Of a stretch of DNA of 64,000 nt, positions 56,997 through 64,000 are shown piece after piece (within the stretch, counting starts at the first letter, position 1; the number at the start of each line of letters is the position of its first letter). The DNA is taken from the NCBI GenBank assembly GCA_041739465.1, contig JBGSNX010000081.1, positions 8,573 through 72,572 on the forward strand. Reading direction: 5' to 3'. The translations under genes were made by a program, and so were the position numbers. The notes below the pieces were generated by a model. That model was not told the origin of the DNA and did not search any database. It saw nothing but the letters and a program-made list of their open reading frames with translations. This stretch comes from Salaquimonas sp. (lineage in GTDB: Bacteria; Pseudomonadota; Alphaproteobacteria; Rhizobiales; Rhizobiaceae).

Positions 56997-58751
56997 ATGA
57001 CCACCAAACGCCGCCTACTCCCCGTTCTTGCGCTGTCACTGGCGCAGTTTTTGTCCATTGCCGCCAACGGCCATGCAAACACGGAGCCAACCAAGGTTCC
57101 CGATGTTCGTGAGCTCGTTGCCAGCACTTCGCTCGCAGGAAGCTTTCTTGCCGCGCAGATGGCCGCACGCGAGAATGATGACGAGACCGCAGTTGCCTAT
57201 TATCAGCGCAGCCTTGAACTGGACCCGGACAATGGGGAGCTCAAGCGGCTTTATTTTCTTGCGCTGACAGCCAATGGCCGCATTGCCGATGCCGTCAAAG
57301 TTTCTGCTTCAATCCCGGCAAGCGATGAACAGGCCCCGATTGCGCGGCTGGTTTCTGCGGTTGACGCCATGAGCCGTGGTGACTGGAAGACGGCAAAGGA
57401 AGTTCTCAAGGATCCGGTGACCGGTGATCTTGACCAGATGGTCGAGAAACTGGTGATTGCCTGGGCAACCCTTGGCGAAGGTGATGCCAAAAAGGCAGTC
57501 GAGATGACTACCCAGATTGGCGGTCCAGACTGGGTCCAGGTTATTCGCAACTATCATGCCGGCCTGATCCTGAGCGCGAGCGGCGACGACAAGGGGGCTG
57601 TTGCGCTTCTGGCCAAGGCCATTGTCAACCGCGATGCGGCGGCAGTGCTTTCGGAAACCTACATGCATGCCGTCGAAGCGCTGGTGGGAGCTCACTCACG
57701 GCTGGGTGACAGCGAAAACGCAAAGGCCGTTCTTGCAGGCGGGCTTGATATCCTGCCAACCTATTCACCTTTCAAGCGCCTGCAAAAGTCGCTTGAAGCC
57801 AATGAGAAAATCCCCCTGATGATTGCCGATGCCAAGCAGGGCGGAACCGAAATCTTCTACAATGTCGGCACCGCGATCAGCCGTCAGGGCGGCACTCCAT
57901 TCGGCCAGGGATATCTGCAACTTGCGGACCATATCACGCCGGGCCGCGATTATGTGGTGATGGCGCTTGCCAGCATTTTCGAGGTTCAACGCCAGCACGA
58001 GCGGGCCAATACCTTTTATGAGCGCATCGAGAAGACGTCTGACTTTCACCGCCGGGCCGAACTTGAGTATGCCTTGAACCTCAACGATCTGAAAAAGATC
58101 GATGAATCCAAGACCAAGCTTCGTGCGCTCATTGCCGAAGAACCGGATGATCTGCTGGCGTACTCAACGCTTGGCGGAGTGCTTTCGCAGCACGAGGAAT
58201 ATGCCGAGGCAGTCACTGTGTTCGAAACGGCTGTCAGCAAGATAGCCAAGCCCGAACGGCTGCACTGGAACCTCTATTACCGGCTGGCCATCGCCTATGA
58301 ACGCACCAAGCAATGGCCAAAGGCCGAGACAGCTTTCAAGAAGGCGCTGGAACTTTCACCTGACCAGGCAGATGTACTCAACTACCTTGGTTACTCATGG
58401 ATCGAACAGGGCATCAATCTAGAGGAAGGTCTTGCGATGATCCGCAAGGCGGTCGAGCTTTCGCCCCGCAAGGGCTACATCATCGACAGCCTCGGCTGGG
58501 CTTACTTCAAGCTCAAGCGTTATGATGATGCTGTGCGTGAATTGGAGCGCGCAGTGGAAATTCTCCCGCGCGATTCCGTACTCAACGATCATCTGGGAGA
58601 TGCTTACTGGATGGCCGGGCGCAAGCTGGAAGCCACATTCCAGTGGAACCATGCGCTGGCATTCAAGCCGGAACCGGCAGAAGAAGCCCACATCAAGCAA
58701 AAACTTGAAAAAGGCTATTTCGAAAAGCCGACGGCAACCGCTGCGCAATGA
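56997..58751 (+). CDS. periplasmic tetratricopeptide (TPR) repeat protein
   Basis: Trimmed to the ATG at 56997, which gives the signal MTTKRRLLPVLALSLAQFLSIAANGHA. It has multiple TPR units (e.g. AVAYYQRSLELDPDN, AFKKALELSPDQADVLNYLGYS). Confidence 0.8.
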   Translation: MTTKRRLLPVLALSLAQFLSIAANGHANTEPTKVPDVRELVASTSLAGSFLAAQMAARENDDETAVAYYQRSLELDPDNGELKRLYFLALTANGRIADAVKVSASIPASDEQAPIARLVSAVDAMSRGDWKTAKEVLKDPVTGDLDQMVEKLVIAWATLGEGDAKKAVEMTTQIGGPDWVQVIRNYHAGLILSASGDDKGAVALLAKAIVNRDAAAVLSETYMHAVEALVGAHSRLGDSENAKAVLAGGLDILPTYSPFKRLQKSLEANEKIPLMIADAKQGGTEIFYNVGTAISRQGGTPFGQGYLQLADHITPGRDYVVMALASIFEVQRQHERANTFYERIEKTSDFHRRAELEYALNLNDLKKIDESKTKLRALIAEEPDDLLAYSTLGGVLSQHEEYAEAVTVFETAVSKIAKPERLHWNLYYRLAIAYERTKQWPKAETAFKKALELSPDQADVLNYLGYSWIEQGINLEEGLAMIRKAVELSPRKGYIIDSLGWAYFKLKRYDDAVRELERAVEILPRDSVLNDHLGDAYWMAGRKLEATFQWNHALAFKPEPAEEAHIKQKLEKGYFEKPTATAAQ

Positions 58752-59677
58752 AATCGGTGGCCGGAACCGAACCGGTCGTCGTGGATGCGCCAGCCAAGAT
58801 CAATCTGGCGCTGCATGTTACCGGGCGGCGGCAGGATGGCTATCACCTGCTCGACACTGCGGTTGCGTTTGCGCACTTGGGCGATACGCTGACTGCAAGG
58901 CATGGGGAGGATTTCTCTTTGTCGCTGTCGGGCCGCTTTGCAACAGCGCTTGAACCGGGCGATGCAAACAATCTTGTTCTCAAGGCTGCGCGCCAGCTTC
59001 ACCAGCATGCCATTGCGATGGGCTTTGCCATTTCCGGCGGTGCGCATTTCAACTTGAAGAAAGAGCTTCCTGTGGCCAGCGGCATTGGCGGAGGGTCCGC
59101 AGATGCGGCTGCGGCGCTTGTTGCCTTGCGAACCTTATGGTCGCTGCCGGATAGTTTTGACCTCATGAAGATTGCTGCGACGCTTGGCGCCGACGTGCCC
59201 ATGTGCCTTGCTTCCACGCCGCTTCGGGCAAGCGGGGTGGGCGAAATTCTCGCCCCCGCGCCGCTGGCACAAGACTTTCACGTCGTGCTGGTGAATTGCG
59301 GCATTGAGACGCTCACCAAGAGTGTTTTCAACAAACTCGACGGCAAGTTTGGTGACCCCATGCATGCATTGCCCGCTGGCGGTATCGACTGGGGATGGCT
59401 CCACGGCCAGCGAAACGACCTCCAAAGTCCAGCGGTCGGAATGTTTCCAGAAATTGGTGAGACGATTGGCCTGCTGGAGCAATGCAGGGGCGTGCAGTTG
59501 GCACGCATGAGCGGCTCGGGTGCCACTTGCTTCGGCATCTTTGCGGATGCACAAACGGCGCAACAGGCGGCGCAGCAAATTGCCGGACTGCATCCGGAGT
59601 GGTGGTGCGTCGCAACGGTCTTGCCAGCCTCAGGAATGCGCCAGCGCGACTGGCCGAAATCAGTTGGAGGATCTTGA
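58748..59677 (+). CDS. ispE: 4-(cytidine 5'-diphospho)-2-C-methyl-D-erythritol kinase
   Basis: It has PAKINLALHVTGRRQDGYHLL and the GHMP motif PVASGIGGGSADAAA. Its start overlaps the TPR gene stop (ATGA). Confidence 0.9.
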   Translation: MKSVAGTEPVVVDAPAKINLALHVTGRRQDGYHLLDTAVAFAHLGDTLTARHGEDFSLSLSGRFATALEPGDANNLVLKAARQLHQHAIAMGFAISGGAHFNLKKELPVASGIGGGSADAAAALVALRTLWSLPDSFDLMKIAATLGADVPMCLASTPLRASGVGEILAPAPLAQDFHVVLVNCGIETLTKSVFNKLDGKFGDPMHALPAGGIDWGWLHGQRNDLQSPAVGMFPEIGETIGLLEQCRGVQLARMSGSGATCFGIFADAQTAQQAAQQIAGLHPEWWCVATVLPASGMRQRDWPKSVGGS

Positions 59678-60226
59678 GTGGCGCGCATTGACGAGACCAG
59701 ACCCTTCATTCCCGTGTCGATTGCCGTGCTGACGGTGTCGGACACCCGTATCCTTGAAGATGACAAATCCGGCACGACGCTGGCCGAGCGTGTTGAAAAA
59801 GCCGGACACCACCTGGTAGCGAGGGACATCGTCAAGGACGACATCGAGGCCATTCGCGACAAGGTTCGCGGCTGGATTGCCAACAAGGGAATTGACGTCA
59901 TCATCACAACGGGGGGCACTGGATTTACCGGACGTGACGTAACGCCAGAGGCGCTCGAGCCACTCTTTGAAAAGCGCATGGACGGATTTTCGGAAGTCTT
60001 CCACCGCATCAGTTTCGACAAGATCGGCACTTCCACCATCCAGTCGCGCGCGACCGGCGGGGTTGCCGGAGCAACTTACATCTTCTGTCTGCCAGGGTCG
60101 CCGGGGGCCTGCCGTGATGCATGGGACGGCATACTTGAGCCGCAACTCGACTATCGGCACATGCCATGCAATTTCGTGGAGATCATGCCGCGGCTGGATG
60201 AGCACCTCAAGCGCGGCAAGGGCTGA
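59678..60226 (+). CDS. moaB: molybdenum cofactor biosynthesis protein B
   Basis: 182-aa ORF whose GTG start follows the ispE stop directly. It has the MoaB/MogA fold motif ITTGGTGFTGRDVTPEA. Confidence 0.9.
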   Translation: MARIDETRPFIPVSIAVLTVSDTRILEDDKSGTTLAERVEKAGHHLVARDIVKDDIEAIRDKVRGWIANKGIDVIITTGGTGFTGRDVTPEALEPLFEKRMDGFSEVFHRISFDKIGTSTIQSRATGGVAGATYIFCLPGSPGACRDAWDGILEPQLDYRHMPCNFVEIMPRLDEHLKRGKG

Positions 60227-60769
60227 TCATTGCCCTGAACTACCCATGGATGCCGAACGCAGCACCGTGAAGCGGCCAACCGGTCGTGGCGGAAATTGCG
60301 TGTCGTTGCGCAAAGGTGGCACCATTTCGCGCCGGATGATCAATCCCTGCCTTGGCGAGGGGCGGCCAGCCATCTGGCGGAATGCAGCTGCCAGTCGTTC
60401 GCCAAAACGGGCAAAAGGTCCCGATGCTGTTGAACCATAGGCGAACACGGCCTGGCTTTCAGTAGCGTGCCGGCGCAGGTGATCTGAAACTTCCAGCCAC
60501 CAGCCGGACTCAGGAACGGCGCCTGCCGGCAGTAGCAGCACGACATTCCCGCGCGCCTTGGCCAGCGCCGACGCGAGGGACGCCCGCAGCGAACCCACGT
60601 GCAGCTCACACCCGGCTGCATCAACCACCGCCTCCACTGGCGGCATCGCTTTGTCTGCCAAAACGTGACCATCGCCAACCAGCCCTTCGGCTATGGCTGG
60701 AACAAGCGCGGAAATGGTCCGCGCCAGAGGGGCGGCTTCGCCTTGGGAAAGAATGATCACACTGAGCAT
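60227..60769 (-). CDS. hypothetical protein with GT-A glycosyltransferase-like N-terminus
   Basis: Trimmed to the ATG at 60769, 6 nt after GAGG. The MLSVIILSQGEAAPLARTISAL opening resembles family-2 glycosyltransferases, but the protein is only about 180 aa and I see no clear DxD motif. Confidence 0.5.
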   Translation of the reverse strand: MLSVIILSQGEAAPLARTISALVPAIAEGLVGDGHVLADKAMPPVEAVVDAAGCELHVGSLRASLASALAKARGNVVLLLPAGAVPESGWWLEVSDHLRRHATESQAVFAYGSTASGPFARFGERLAAAFRQMAGRPSPRQGLIIRREMVPPLRNDTQFPPRPVGRFTVLRSASMGSSGQ

Positions 60770-60836
60770 GTTTGCCTCATACATGAATGACGCCAAGCAA
60801 GCGAGGCTTGTGGAAAAAACATGAACGGTAAAAATA

Positions 60837-60851
60837 GTTCTTGTTTTGTTC
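60837..60851. promoter_or_regulatory. candidate alphaproteobacterial LexA (SOS) box GTTC-N7-GTTC
   Basis: GTTCTTGTTTTGTTC is an exact match to the direct-repeat SOS box core. It lies in the AT-rich 149-nt divergent intergenic region, 68 nt upstream of the radical SAM start codon. Confidence 0.5.
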
Positions 60852-60918
60852 TTTCTGTGTGGTAGGAATTTATTCAACGCTATTGCAGCCGAATGGGTTG
60901 CGGCGATTGGAGGTTTCG

Positions 60919-62109
60919 ATGGCACGCTCATCCATTGCAGCATCAGCACACGCCGCCGTGCGCAGCGAGCGTGCAATTGTCGACCACGAGGCATTTCTGG
61001 CAGGCTCTGCGCTGGTGCGAAGCCAACCGGGCATGCGGGAGGGAATTGACGAACAACGGCGGCGCGGACGCGGTGCGACCCTCAACCCGCCAGGCAGGTT
61101 TGAACCGATCAGCCGGCACGTGTTCGACGACGGCTGGGAAACCATCGATGAATTGCCTGCGTTCAAGACCGAGGTGCAGGCCGAAAGACCGCGCACGATC
61201 ATAACCCGCAATGAATCGCCCGACATCTCGTTCGATCGCTCGATCAATCCCTACAGGGGCTGTGAGCACGGCTGCATCTATTGCTTCGCGCGGCCCAGTC
61301 ACGCCTATATGGGCTTATCCACCGGCCTTGATTTCGAGACAAAGCTGTTTGCAAAACCTGGTGCGGGCAAGATGCTTGAACGCGAACTTGCAAAGCCGGG
61401 ATACCAGCCCAAGACCATCGCAATCGGCACCAACACCGATCCCTACCAGCCAATCGAACGGGAATGGCGGGTGACGCGGGAAATTCTGGAAGTGTTGGAA
61501 GCTGCAAACCACCCGGTCGCCATCGTGACAAAGTCTGCGCTGGTAATCCGGGACATCGATATCCTGTCACGCATGGCCGCAAAGGGGCTGGTGAAGGTGG
61601 CGCTGTCAATCACCACACTTGACCGGAAGCTGTCGCGGGCGATGGAGCCACGCGCATCAACGCCAAGCCTGCGGCTGAAAGCAATTTCCGACCTTTCGGA
61701 GGCTGGAATACCGGCCTCGGTCATGGTTGCACCCGTGATCCCGGCACTCAACGACCATGAGATCGAACGGATCCTTGATTCGGCGCGAGGGGCCGGTGCA
61801 ACGGAAGCTGGCTATATCCTGTTGCGACTTCCCAGCGAAGTCAGCCCGTTGTTTCGCGACTGGTTGCTGAAGCATTATCCCGACCGCTACCGGCACGTGA
61901 TGAACGTGCTGCGCTCGATGCGCGGCGGCAAGGATTATGATGCCGAGTGGGGCAAGCGGATGCGTGGAGCCGGGCCATACGCCTGGCAGATCTCGCGCCG
62001 GTTTGACCTCGCCGCCAAGCGTCTTGGTTTCAACGCCAGCCGCCGCAGGCTTGATACCGGTCTGTTCTCGCCGCCAGTTGGTGAAAGCCGGCAGTTGCAG
62101 CTTTTGTGA
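60919..62109 (+). CDS. PA0069 family radical SAM protein (SplB-like, COG 'DNA repair photolyase' type)
   Basis: Trimmed to the ATG at 60919, 5 nt after GGAGG. It has the radical SAM cluster motif CEHGCIYC and the N-terminal RRRGRGATLNPPGRFE block typical of this family. Confidence 0.85.
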   Translation: MARSSIAASAHAAVRSERAIVDHEAFLAGSALVRSQPGMREGIDEQRRRGRGATLNPPGRFEPISRHVFDDGWETIDELPAFKTEVQAERPRTIITRNESPDISFDRSINPYRGCEHGCIYCFARPSHAYMGLSTGLDFETKLFAKPGAGKMLERELAKPGYQPKTIAIGTNTDPYQPIEREWRVTREILEVLEAANHPVAIVTKSALVIRDIDILSRMAAKGLVKVALSITTLDRKLSRAMEPRASTPSLRLKAISDLSEAGIPASVMVAPVIPALNDHEIERILDSARGAGATEAGYILLRLPSEVSPLFRDWLLKHYPDRYRHVMNVLRSMRGGKDYDAEWGKRMRGAGPYAWQISRRFDLAAKRLGFNASRRRLDTGLFSPPVGESRQLQLL

Positions 62110-62187
62110 GCCAATTCCCTGCTTTGGTGCCGCCGCACTGTGCCATGGCAGGGTTGAAGAGAATCGGTGTCCGGGCGACATTGCCGC

Positions 62188-62865
62188 ATGTCCCCCCTGC
62201 CCGGCACCGATTCTCTTTCTTTTTTCAGTTCAGGCGAAAGCGGTAAGCCCGATTTCTCGCATGAAACGATGCTGCATTCGCGCGGCAAGATGCTGGTTGC
62301 CGGCATCGATGAAGCAGGGCGCGGACCGCTGGCCGGACCGGTGGTGGCTGCGGCTGTCATCTTCGATCCTCAAGCCATTCCCGATGGTCTTGACGATTCA
62401 AAGAAGCTTTCAGCCAAAGCGCGCAATCGGCTTTTTGACCTGATCGCCAAGACAGCACAAATTTCCTGGTGCGCTGTTCCTGCAAACAAGATCGATGAAG
62501 TAAACATCCTGCAGGCGACATTCATTGCCATGTCCCAAGCCGTGGCGGGGCTGCCGGTTCCGCCGCACGCCTGCCTGATTGATGGCCGCGATGTGCCACC
62601 GGCCTTGCGATCCAACAGCCAGGCCTTGATCGGCGGCGACAGGCGCTGCGTCTCGATTGCTGCTGCGTCCATCGTTGCGAAAGTGGTGCGCGACGCCATG
62701 ATGGCCAAGGCCGGATCGGCCTTTCCACACTATGGCTTCGACCAGAACTCGGGCTATGGAACGCGGTTTCACATGGAAGCGCTGGAACGGCACGGCCCCT
62801 GCCCGTTGCACCGCCGCAGCTATGCGCCGGTCGCCCAAGCCTGCACCAGGCATGGCGTGAAATGA
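62188..62865 (+). CDS. rnhB: ribonuclease HII
   Basis: It has GIDEAGRGPLAGPVVAAAV and SIAAASIVAKV. The start is ATG 62188 or GTG 62167. Confidence 0.85.
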   Translation: MSPLPGTDSLSFFSSGESGKPDFSHETMLHSRGKMLVAGIDEAGRGPLAGPVVAAAVIFDPQAIPDGLDDSKKLSAKARNRLFDLIAKTAQISWCAVPANKIDEVNILQATFIAMSQAVAGLPVPPHACLIDGRDVPPALRSNSQALIGGDRRCVSIAAASIVAKVVRDAMMAKAGSAFPHYGFDQNSGYGTRFHMEALERHGPCPLHRRSYAPVAQACTRHGVK

Positions 62866-62889
62866 AAAAGGCACCCGAAGGTGCCTTTG
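62866..62889. terminator. bidirectional rho-independent terminator between rnhB and atpF
   Basis: The sequence is AAAAGGCACC-CGAA-GGTGCCTTT. The stem is GGCACC/GGTGCC (62870-62875 / 62880-62885). It is flanked by an A-run on one side and a T-run on the other. The T-tract is stronger on the minus strand (TTTTTCATTT). Confidence 0.7.
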
Positions 62890-62910
62890 CATCTGCCGTG
62901 AGCAGGCTGC

Positions 62911-63402
62911 TCAGTTGAGACGTGATTTCACTTCGGAAATGGATTTTGCCAGAAGGTCCTGTGCAATCTTGCCAGTCGCCTTTGCAGTGATCAGTGTTTC
63001 AGCGGCAGCGATTGCCATGTCCACCGCAGACGATTTGACTTCCGCAACGGCCTGAGCCTCCGCCTGGGCAATTTTTTGTTCTGCCATGGTGGTGCGGCGG
63101 GCAACGAAATCAGCGGTTTTTACAGCGGCATCGCGCGAAATTTCTTCGGCTTCCTTGCGGGCTGCCGCAACGATGTCCTGAGCTTCCTTTTCGGCTTCCT
63201 TGCGCAGGCGCTTGTACTCATTCAGCAGCCCCGATGCTTCCTCGCGAAGGCGACGGGCTTCCTCAAGCTCACTGCGGATCTTTTCGGCCCTGGCATCCAG
63301 CGCCTTTGCAATCATGGCCGGCACTTTCTGCCAGACCATCAGGCCCAGGAATATGACCAGCGCGACCGTAGCCCAGAATGTTGCGTCGAACTCGAAGTGC
63401 AT
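62911..63402 (-). CDS. atpF: F0F1 ATP synthase subunit b
   Basis: 163-aa ORF with an N-terminal TM (FWATVALVIFLGLMVW) followed by a long Ala/Glu/Lys-rich helix. Confidence 0.9.
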   Translation of the reverse strand: MHFEFDATFWATVALVIFLGLMVWQKVPAMIAKALDARAEKIRSELEEARRLREEASGLLNEYKRLRKEAEKEAQDIVAAARKEAEEISRDAAVKTADFVARRTTMAEQKIAQAEAQAVAEVKSSAVDMAIAAAETLITAKATGKIAQDLLAKSISEVKSRLN

Positions 63403-63424
63403 TGCCCTGACCCTTTTTGTGAAG

Positions 63425-63982
63425 CTAGCGCTTGCTGCCGATTGCAGTTGCTATCTCGGCGGCGCTGACTTCGCTGCCAAGCAATTCGCTAACGATCGTA
63501 CCGGTTGTTTGCGCGGCAATCGTACCAACTTCCTGCAGCGCTTTCGCCTTGATTGAAGCAATGCGTGCTTCAGCATCGCTGAGTTTGGCTGCCAGTTCTG
63601 CTTCAACGCCCTTGCGTTCAGCTTCCACTTGGGCCTTGGCAGCATCACGCGCCTTGTTCCCAATTGCATTTGCCCGCGAACGCGCATCTGCCAGTTCATG
63701 TTCATAAGCGGCATGCGCAGCATCCGCCTCTCCCTTGAGCCGGTTGGCCTCGTCAATGTCCTGCGAGATACGATTCTTGCGGGATTCAACGATTTCAGCG
63801 AGGCGCGGAATGGCCATCCGCGACATCAACAAATAGAAGATGCCGAAGGTGATCGCCAGCCAAAGCAACTGGGATGCAAAGGTTGCAGGGTCAAATGGCG
63901 GAAAAGCTCCGCCGCCATGTCCTTCAGCAGCGCCGTGTCCGGCCTCCGTCGTGGCATGGGTTTCACCACTGGCACCAGCCAC
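63425..63982 (-). CDS. F0F1 ATP synthase subunit b'
   Basis: 185-aa ORF with GTG start. It has the FPPFD motif, a TM ([15 protein letters not shown]) and a long charged helix, and sits directly upstream of atpF. The start is uncertain and lies near the window edge. Confidence 0.85.
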   Translation of the reverse strand: MAGASGETHATTEAGHGAAEGHGGGAFPPFDPATFASQLLWLAITFGIFYLLMSRMAIPRLAEIVESRKNRISQDIDEANRLKGEADAAHAAYEHELADARSRANAIGNKARDAAKAQVEAERKGVEAELAAKLSDAEARIASIKAKALQEVGTIAAQTTGTIVSELLGSEVSAAEIATAIGSKR

Positions 63983-64000
63983 CGGCTCAGTGCCAGCTGC

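Overview
This is a high-GC, densely packed chromosomal segment of about 70 CDS with short or overlapping junctions. Its gene content and order look alphaproteobacterial, most like Hyphomicrobiales/Rhizobiales. That placement is an inference from protein families and synteny, not a database hit.

Nearly everything is core housekeeping:
- thrC and an ispH-thrB-rnhA unit.
- The aa3 cytochrome c oxidase cluster ctaC-ctaD-ctaB-(small ORF)-ctaG-ctaE, followed by L,D-transpeptidase-DUF983-SURF1.
- tldD, pdxH, fabI, aroC, ribB, xseB, SCO1, tlyA, purD, ubiA, glyQ/glyS, ispB, ispE, moaB and rnhB.
- The F0 ATP synthase b and b' genes.

I recognised no rRNA, tRNA, CRISPR array, transposase, integrase, phage gene or known defence gene, so this is not an obvious accessory island. 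I found no convincing novel system. The best candidate is the uncharacterised lemA-DUF2207 membrane pair, with CDGSH and fasciclin genes, that sits between glyQ and glyS and separates them by 3.6 kb.

Other points worth a second look:
- An alpha-type SOS box (GTTC-N7-GTTC) upstream of a PA0069-family radical SAM gene.
- A perfect Crp/Fnr-type palindrome upstream of ctaC.
- An L,D-transpeptidase translationally coupled to DUF983-SURF1.
- Unannotated small membrane ORFs between ctaB and ctaG and after SCO1.
- A sigma-32-like promoter in front of a J-domain gene.
- An AT-rich leader with an (AAN)n tract.
- Several degenerate-domain signalling and enzyme fusions.

Many start codons were trimmed from the ORF track using RBS position, overlaps with neighbours and family N-termini. 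These starts are inferences.
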